DNA of 64,000 bases, taken from the NCBI GenBank assembly GCA_947168565.1, contig CAMVMM010000004.1, forward strand, positions 75,857 to 139,856, in the 5' to 3' direction. Shown here one piece after another: positions 58,626 to 64,000 of the stretch. Position numbers and translations under genes: made by a program. The number at the start of each line of letters is the position of its first letter. Within the stretch, counting starts at the first letter, position 1. The notes below the pieces were generated by a model. It made no database searches. It had not been told where the DNA came from and saw nothing but the letters and a program-made list of their open reading frames with translations. This DNA is from an uncultured Clostridia bacterium. GTDB taxonomy: Bacteria > Bacillota > Clostridia > Christensenellales > CAG-138.

Positions 58626-60092
58626 TTACGCGCTCTTGAGCTTCTCAAGCCCAAGCTCAAGCCTTCTGAGCGCCTCGTCCCTTCCAAGCAGCGCGGCGAT
58701 CTCTATCGCGCCGCCGGGGGTCACGGTTCTGCCGCTCATAGCTATGCGGATGGGCCAGAGCAGGGTGCCGTTTTTCATTCCCTTTTGCTCGGCATAGCCG
58801 ATGAGAAAATCGTGCAGCGCACCCTCGCTCCATTCGGGAAGAGCGCGAAGCAGCGGTATCACGTCGGAAAGGATCTCGCGGCAGAGCTCGGGGTTGGTTT
58901 TGGATTTTTTATTGGTGAAAAGCTCTATGTCGTAGCCCTCGTCCATCTGCGCAAGAAAGCCCGCCGTTTCAGCGATGTCGGAAAAGATCTCGGTGCGCGG
59001 CTGAAGGATGCGTATGATTATCTCCCCGTTGCCGGGCCTACCTGCTATCTCGCCCACGCCCGCCTTCTCAAGCCAGGGCAGCGCATGGCGGAAATAGGCT
59101 TCGTCGTCCAGCCTGCGGATATACTCCGCGTTCATCCAGCGCAGCTTGTTGTGGTCGAAGATGGCGGGGGATTTGCTCAGCCCTTCAAGCGAAAAAGCCT
59201 CCTTCAGCTCGTCAAGAGTGAAAAACTCCCTCTCGTCGCCGGGGTTCCAGCCCACGAGCGCAAGGTAGTTTATAAGCGCCTCGGGCAGGTAGCCTTGGCT
59301 AACAAGATCCTCAAAGGTGGCGTCGCCGTCGCGCTTGCTCAGCTTATGCGTCGCATCGCGCATGATGGTGGTAAGGTGAACGTAAACCGGCTTTTCCCAG
59401 CCGAAGGCGTCGTAAAGCAGGTTGTATTTCGGAGTGGAGGAAAGGTATTCCATGCCGCGCATAACGTGCGTGATGCCCATCGTGTGATCGTCTATCACGT
59501 TTGCAAAATTATAGGTGGGCATGCCGTCCGCCTTGATAAGGATCATATCGTCCAGATCGGCGCAGTTCACGCTGATATGCCCGAATATCGCGTCGTCAAA
59601 ATCCGCGCTGCCCTCTGTGGGCACGTTCTGCCTTATAACGTAGCTTTCGCCGGCTGCAAGCCTGCGCTCCACCTCTTCCTTTGAAAGGTGCAGGCAGTGC
59701 TTATCGTATTTGAAGGTGCCGCCCTCGGCCTCCACCTCGGCGCGGCGGGCGTCCAGCTCCTCCTTGGTGCAGAAGCAGTAATACGCCTTGCCCATCTCCA
59801 CCAGCTTTTGAGCATAAGGCAGATACATATCCTTGCGTTCGGACTGAACGTAGGGGCCGTAATCGCCGCCCTTGTCCGGGCCCTCGTCCCAGTCAAGCCC
59901 CGCCGTGCGCAGGGTTTTATAAACCATTTCCTCGGCGCCCTCCACAAAGCGCGCCTGATCGGTATCCTCTATGCGAAGCATGAAAACGCCGTCGTTCTTC
60001 CTGGCCCAAAGCCAGGCGTAGAGCGCGGTGCGAAGATTGCCAACGTGCATAAAGCCCGTGGGGGAGGGTGCGAAGCGTGTGCGAACTGTCAT
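58626..60092 (-). CDS. gltX: glutamate--tRNA ligase
   Basis: VRTRFAPSPTGFMHVG, RIEDTD, KLSKR; start set at ATG after AAGGAG. Confidence 0.97.
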   Translation of the reverse strand: MTVRTRFAPSPTGFMHVGNLRTALYAWLWARKNDGVFMLRIEDTDQARFVEGAEEMVYKTLRTAGLDWDEGPDKGGDYGPYVQSERKDMYLPYAQKLVEMGKAYYCFCTKEELDARRAEVEAEGGTFKYDKHCLHLSKEEVERRLAAGESYVIRQNVPTEGSADFDDAIFGHISVNCADLDDMILIKADGMPTYNFANVIDDHTMGITHVMRGMEYLSSTPKYNLLYDAFGWEKPVYVHLTTIMRDATHKLSKRDGDATFEDLVSQGYLPEALINYLALVGWNPGDEREFFTLDELKEAFSLEGLSKSPAIFDHNKLRWMNAEYIRRLDDEAYFRHALPWLEKAGVGEIAGRPGNGEIIIRILQPRTEIFSDIAETAGFLAQMDEGYDIELFTNKKSKTNPELCREILSDVIPLLRALPEWSEGALHDFLIGYAEQKGMKNGTLLWPIRIAMSGRTVTPGGAIEIAALLGRDEALRRLELGLEKLKSA

Positions 60093-60294
60093 TTTAAACT
60101 CCTTGTGATATAGTATTAGCCCGCTCACGGCGAAAAGGCTTCTCTCTGCGAGGGGCGATGTAATTCCGGCAATATAATACCATAATAATCCGCTTTTGTC
60201 ACTCAAAAAAACTGCTTGGATCGCATTCGAGCAAAAAAAGCAAGCGCCGCCGCCCCGTAAGGAGCGGCGGCAGGTGTGTGCGGATGAAGCCGTA

Positions 60295-62739
60295 TCAGAC
60301 GATGCCCATCGACGCACGCATGATAACGAGCGCGTCGGAAGCCTCGACTGTGCCGTTTTCGTTCATATCGGCTATGGTCTGCTGAAGCTCGGTCAGCTCG
60401 ATAATGCCCATCGCGTGGCGCAGCGCCATAAGCGCGTCCGACATTTCGATCTCGCCGTTCATATTCACGTCGCCGGGCAGGTAGTCGGGCTCGGTGCTGA
60501 TATAGCCGGGAATGGAGATATTGTCCACCCAGCCGCAGTCGGCGCCAACGTGGGTGGAAACGTCCTTATGAAACTCCCACTTGAGCGTGTAGGAGCGGGT
60601 CTGAGTTGCGGTGTAGCTCACGGTTGCCCAGTCCTCCTCGCCGTGGATGGTGTACTGTATCGCGTTGTCCACGTAGAAATTCAGCTTATCATAGCTGCGC
60701 TCGCTGCTGACCTTCCAATCGAAGGTGACCGTATCGCCAGCGTTAAGCTGCACGCTCACGCTGAACGCCGCGTTGGAGCTGTTCACGCCGCGGTTGTCGC
60801 TTCGCACGCTGACCCTGCCGACGTCGGAAACGGGATCCACAACCCAGTGATAGGTGCCCACGTTGTTGTTGAACTCCACGGTGCCGTTTTCAACGTTTGC
60901 CGCCTCGTTGAAGGAGGGGATGCCGCGAACCGTCACAAGCGTTGTGGCGGTGAAATAGCGGTCGTTTATAAGATCGTGCGCCGTGGCGGTAACGGTCGCG
61001 GTGCCCACGGCGTTCGCGGTCACGGTCGCCCTGCGGCTGTTTCCGGTAACGGAGGCAACAGCGTCGTCGGAGCTGGACCAGGTGATCTCAAGATTGTTTG
61101 CGTTCACAGGCTCACGAACGGCGTTTATTACCGCGCTGCCGCCCTCAAAGAGCGTGATGGCGCTCGGGTCAAGGGTGAGCGAGGTGAGCGCAACGGGCGC
61201 GGGAGGCTCGCTGTGAACGGTTATGCCCATATAGCGGAGCTGACCGCTTGCACCGGAAGGAGGATTGTAAACGCCGCCCACGGGCTTAACGGTGATCGCG
61301 CCGCCGCCCGCTATGGAGCAGGAGCTGCCGGTGAACACCACGGGGGCAAGAAGGTTGTAGATATTCTCAACGTCGTGATAGCCGGCGGGATCGTAGCCCT
61401 CCTGCATACGGAAGCCGTAGATGCCGTCCTCGATATCGGGGGTGGTGTTCGCGGTCATGGCTATTCTGAAATTCTGCACGAAATCGGCGGTGTTTTCGCC
61501 GGTAACGGTCTGGAAGGCGTTGGGGAAGCTGTCGCCCGCCGCCATGCGCTCAAGCAGCGCGCGGAAGGTGGGATTGCCGTGCTGGGTGAAAATATACTGG
61601 GAGAAGAACGCCACCTGAGCATAGAGCGCAAGCCTGTCGTTCATCTCAAGATAATTGCTCCAGCTATACATCGAATAGCCCTTATGAAGGCTGAAGGCGC
61701 TGTTGTATTCATATTCCGCAGGGGGGTTGAGCCAGTCGTTGTTTACGCTGAACTTATAGTTCTGCCAGCTCTGCACGCGCGGACCGATGGAGCTGCCGGG
61801 GTAGCAGATCTCCTCCGCGGCGGCGCTCATGCTCTCGTTTATCCAGGTGTCGGTGCCGCCGGTTTCGGAATAGTTGATAAGGTGCTGATACTCGTGCACC
61901 ATGGTGCCGTAGGTGCTCTCAAGGTCGATTATCTCCTCGCCCGCGGTGTTTATATAGTAAACGCCGGGGTAGGTGTCTATATTGAGCACGGGCATGCCGT
62001 TGTAGTAAAGGTCGCTCTGGGAGAAGAAGCCCGCCACGTAGCCTTGGCCGGGCTGCCAGCCGTCGTCGATGTTATAATAAAGAATGTTCAGCCTTCCGTC
62101 GCCCTGGCTGCCGTTGGAGTGGTTGCCGAAGGAGCTCTGCATAAGGTCGAACTTGGAGTCAAACTCCGCCGCTGCAGCTTCGCCGAAGCTCTCGTCGATG
62201 GAATCGAGCGGGTAAACGTTTTCCGCGGTGGAGGTGGGAGTCCAGATATAGCAGTGCTCGCCCTTTGCAAGCACCTTGAACTGAACGTTCGTGGAGGGAA
62301 GGGGGCAGTAGGTGCTGTTGAGCTGGAAGGTGTGCGTGTCGCCCACGTTGAAGGAAACGGCGATACCCGCTCCGTCAAACTCGGGCTTGCCGGTGAAGCC
62401 CTCCTTCTCGGACTGCTCGGTCATCTCGGGGTCCACGTCGATGCGGTAGGCCCTGTCGGCGATATTGCGCTCGGGGGTGAAGCCGACAGCGCTTTCGCCC
62501 ACGTCGGTTTCTATAAGGCCGGACATATTGCCCGTGGCTGCGGTGGATGAGGAGCTGGTGGAGGGGTTGTAGATCACCACGTAGTCGCCGCTGTAGCCGT
62601 CGCTGCCGTCGCTGTCAAACTCAACGTTGTTTTGAACGAGCTTAGGCTGCGCTTCGGGCGCGCTCTTTGCAAGCACGGCCACGGGAAGCACGCTGAGCGC
62701 CAGCAGGAGGGAAAGGATGATACTTGTAAGCTTCTTCAT
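60295..62739 (-). CDS. secreted zinc metalloprotease (M30/M6-like) with Ig-like, beta-sandwich and C-terminal dockerin domains
   Basis: Signal MKKLTSIILSLLLALS; HEYQH...WINESMS; Big_2-like ITWSSSDDAVASV; duplicated Ca-loop GDVNMNGEIEMSDAL...ADMNENGTVEASDAL. Confidence 0.82.
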   Translation of the reverse strand: MKKLTSIILSLLLALSVLPVAVLAKSAPEAQPKLVQNNVEFDSDGSDGYSGDYVVIYNPSTSSSSTAATGNMSGLIETDVGESAVGFTPERNIADRAYRIDVDPEMTEQSEKEGFTGKPEFDGAGIAVSFNVGDTHTFQLNSTYCPLPSTNVQFKVLAKGEHCYIWTPTSTAENVYPLDSIDESFGEAAAAEFDSKFDLMQSSFGNHSNGSQGDGRLNILYYNIDDGWQPGQGYVAGFFSQSDLYYNGMPVLNIDTYPGVYYINTAGEEIIDLESTYGTMVHEYQHLINYSETGGTDTWINESMSAAAEEICYPGSSIGPRVQSWQNYKFSVNNDWLNPPAEYEYNSAFSLHKGYSMYSWSNYLEMNDRLALYAQVAFFSQYIFTQHGNPTFRALLERMAAGDSFPNAFQTVTGENTADFVQNFRIAMTANTTPDIEDGIYGFRMQEGYDPAGYHDVENIYNLLAPVVFTGSSCSIAGGGAITVKPVGGVYNPPSGASGQLRYMGITVHSEPPAPVALTSLTLDPSAITLFEGGSAVINAVREPVNANNLEITWSSSDDAVASVTGNSRRATVTANAVGTATVTATAHDLINDRYFTATTLVTVRGIPSFNEAANVENGTVEFNNNVGTYHWVVDPVSDVGRVSVRSDNRGVNSSNAAFSVSVQLNAGDTVTFDWKVSSERSYDKLNFYVDNAIQYTIHGEEDWATVSYTATQTRSYTLKWEFHKDVSTHVGADCGWVDNISIPGYISTEPDYLPGDVNMNGEIEMSDALMALRHAMGIIELTELQQTIADMNENGTVEASDALVIMRASMGIV

Positions 62740-62886
62740 GTTTAATCTCCCTGAATTGAATTTGCCCGCCCGCCGCAAATACCGAAGCGGGTTCGGACTT
62801 GAATCTATTTTATCATATTTTCTATCGGTGTAAAAGCACAAAAAGCAATATATTATACCCTTCACGGCTGAATCTGCATACAAATC

Positions 62887-62980
62887 AAAGCAAAGGCGGA
62901 AAAAGCTTAAAGCAAAGGCGAAAAAAGGTTAAAGAAAAGGCGGAAAAAGGTTAAAGAAAAGGCGGAAAAAGCTTAAAGCA
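62887..62980. repeat. 22-bp tandem repeat, four units plus a partial
   Basis: aaag(c/a)aaaggcg(g/a)aaaaag(c/g)tt units. Confidence 0.9.
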
Positions 62981-63044
62981 GGAGTGAAAAAAAGCGGCAA
63001 ACCCCGATTATCAGCAGGAGCTTGCCGCATATATGCGCGTTCCT

Positions 63045-63656
63045 TCACGCCTGAATGAGCGCCCTTGCAAGGGAGATCCCGTTTCTTTTTGCATAAAATT
63101 CCGCCCGCATCAGCCCTTCGCAGAAAAATCTGTCCACTTCCTGCAAATTCACTTTAACGCCATCCGCGTCAAAAGAGCGCATCGGGGCCTCCGGGTCGCC
63201 AAAGATCAAAAGGTTAAGCTCATCCTCAGGCTGTATCTCCCAGCAGGGCGTATCCTCGCTCAAGCCGCACGCGCCAAGCAGATACCTGGCGTCCCTGCGA
63301 ATGCCCTCCGCGTGAACACCTTCGGTTATTTCCTCCCCGGAATAGCGCTCGTTGCACAGCGGAATAATTGCAAACATTTTCTCGGGCGTAACGCCGGCTT
63401 TCTTATACACGGAACCCATAAAGTCGGAAAGAAACTCCCCGCGCAGCACCTCCTGCATCATGCGCTCGCAGCCGTCAAGCTCGTCAAGGGTGCAGCTCCC
63501 GCTCAAAAGCTCGAAGCGAAGTATGATCTGCCCGAATTCAGGCAGCGCGATATGCTCCTCAAAACGCAGCCTGCCGCCGCTTTTATTCGCTATCTCGCCT
63601 GTAAGCAAATGTATTCGCTCCAAAAGCCTTTTGCTTGCAATATACAGCTCGCGCAT
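63045..63656 (-). CDS. hypothetical protein
   Basis: AAAGGAG RBS, 203-aa ORF, no family recognised. Confidence 0.65.
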   Translation of the reverse strand: MRELYIASKRLLERIHLLTGEIANKSGGRLRFEEHIALPEFGQIILRFELLSGSCTLDELDGCERMMQEVLRGEFLSDFMGSVYKKAGVTPEKMFAIIPLCNERYSGEEITEGVHAEGIRRDARYLLGACGLSEDTPCWEIQPEDELNLLIFGDPEAPMRSFDADGVKVNLQEVDRFFCEGLMRAEFYAKRNGISLARALIQA

Positions 63657-63797
63657 GGATCGCTCCTTTCCCGGGTATGCCGCGCCTTTCATACTTACAT
63701 AGGATTATAGCATATCTTTGCAAAAAATCAATCGAATAATCAAAGCATGGGGTTTTGCCAAAGAACACTTTTTTTGCGATTACTTTAAAAAAAGGTA

Positions 63798-63826
63798 TTG
63801 AACATAACCCGCATACGTGATATAAT
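63798..63826 (+). promoter_or_regulatory. sigma-A promoter
   Basis: TTGAAC-17bp-TATAAT with TG extension. Confidence 0.7.
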
Positions 63827-63855
63827 ATACCAATAATAATCAGGAGGTATACCGA

Positions 63856-64000
63856 ATGAAACTCAAAAAACTGCTTTCTGCGGCGCTTGCCGCGCTCCTT
63901 CTTTTTACCGTGCTCCCCGTGAGCGCACTCGTTTCCCCCTCGTGGGAGCTTCCGGAGGGTTACAATGCAAACGACTATTCCCGCTGCGTTGCTTTCCTTG
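63856..64000 (+). CDS. secreted protein, 5' fragment
   Basis: AGGAGG RBS; MKLKKLLSAALAALLLFTVLPVSALVSPSWELPEGYNANDYSRCVAFL, open at the window edge. Confidence 0.75.
   Translation, partial: MKLKKLLSAALAALLLFTVLPVSALVSPSWELPEGYNANDYSRCVAFL

Noticed and set aside
60196-62550. 784-aa plus-strand ORF, and similar long antisense ORFs (7002-8252, 20244-21725, 24471-26066, 42484-43638, 45581-46696, 50451-51758)
   Set aside because: Shadow frames opposite well-identified genes with strong GC3 bias; no RBS or family motifs

Overview
Chromosomal segment of a fairly GC-rich, spore-forming Clostridia-type Firmicute (taxonomy inferred from alpha/beta SASP genes, a DacF-like gene, dockerin, sigma-A promoters and GGAGG RBSs). 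It is mostly core genome: MarR plus an ABC-2 operon, deoB, dacF-like, M50 protease, scpAB, asp23-fakA-recG, two SASPs, ALDH, P-type ATPase, fused pgk-tpiA, gpmI, PrsA-like lipoprotein, heterodimeric ABC exporter, L,D-transpeptidase, GT2, ilvE, yigZ, tyrS, hemW, lepA, queG-like, gltX and a dockerin-bearing metalloprotease. I found no rRNA, tRNA, CRISPR, integrase or transposase. The most unusual signals are: (1) a 161-bp fully palindromic MITE-like element at 41633-41793 whose two ends also occur fused together at 17092-17112; (2) a full-length DacF homologue lacking all three catalytic PBP motifs; (3) a 7.5-kb head-to-tail array of small cassette-type modifying enzymes behind lepA-hemW; (4) a metallothionein-like Cys-rich tail; (5) a 14-bp inverted-repeat-flanked segment in a low-GC patch; (6) several intergenic tandem arrays and a canonical G-quadruplex motif. 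All calls come from reading the sequence and ORF track by eye; no searches were run.
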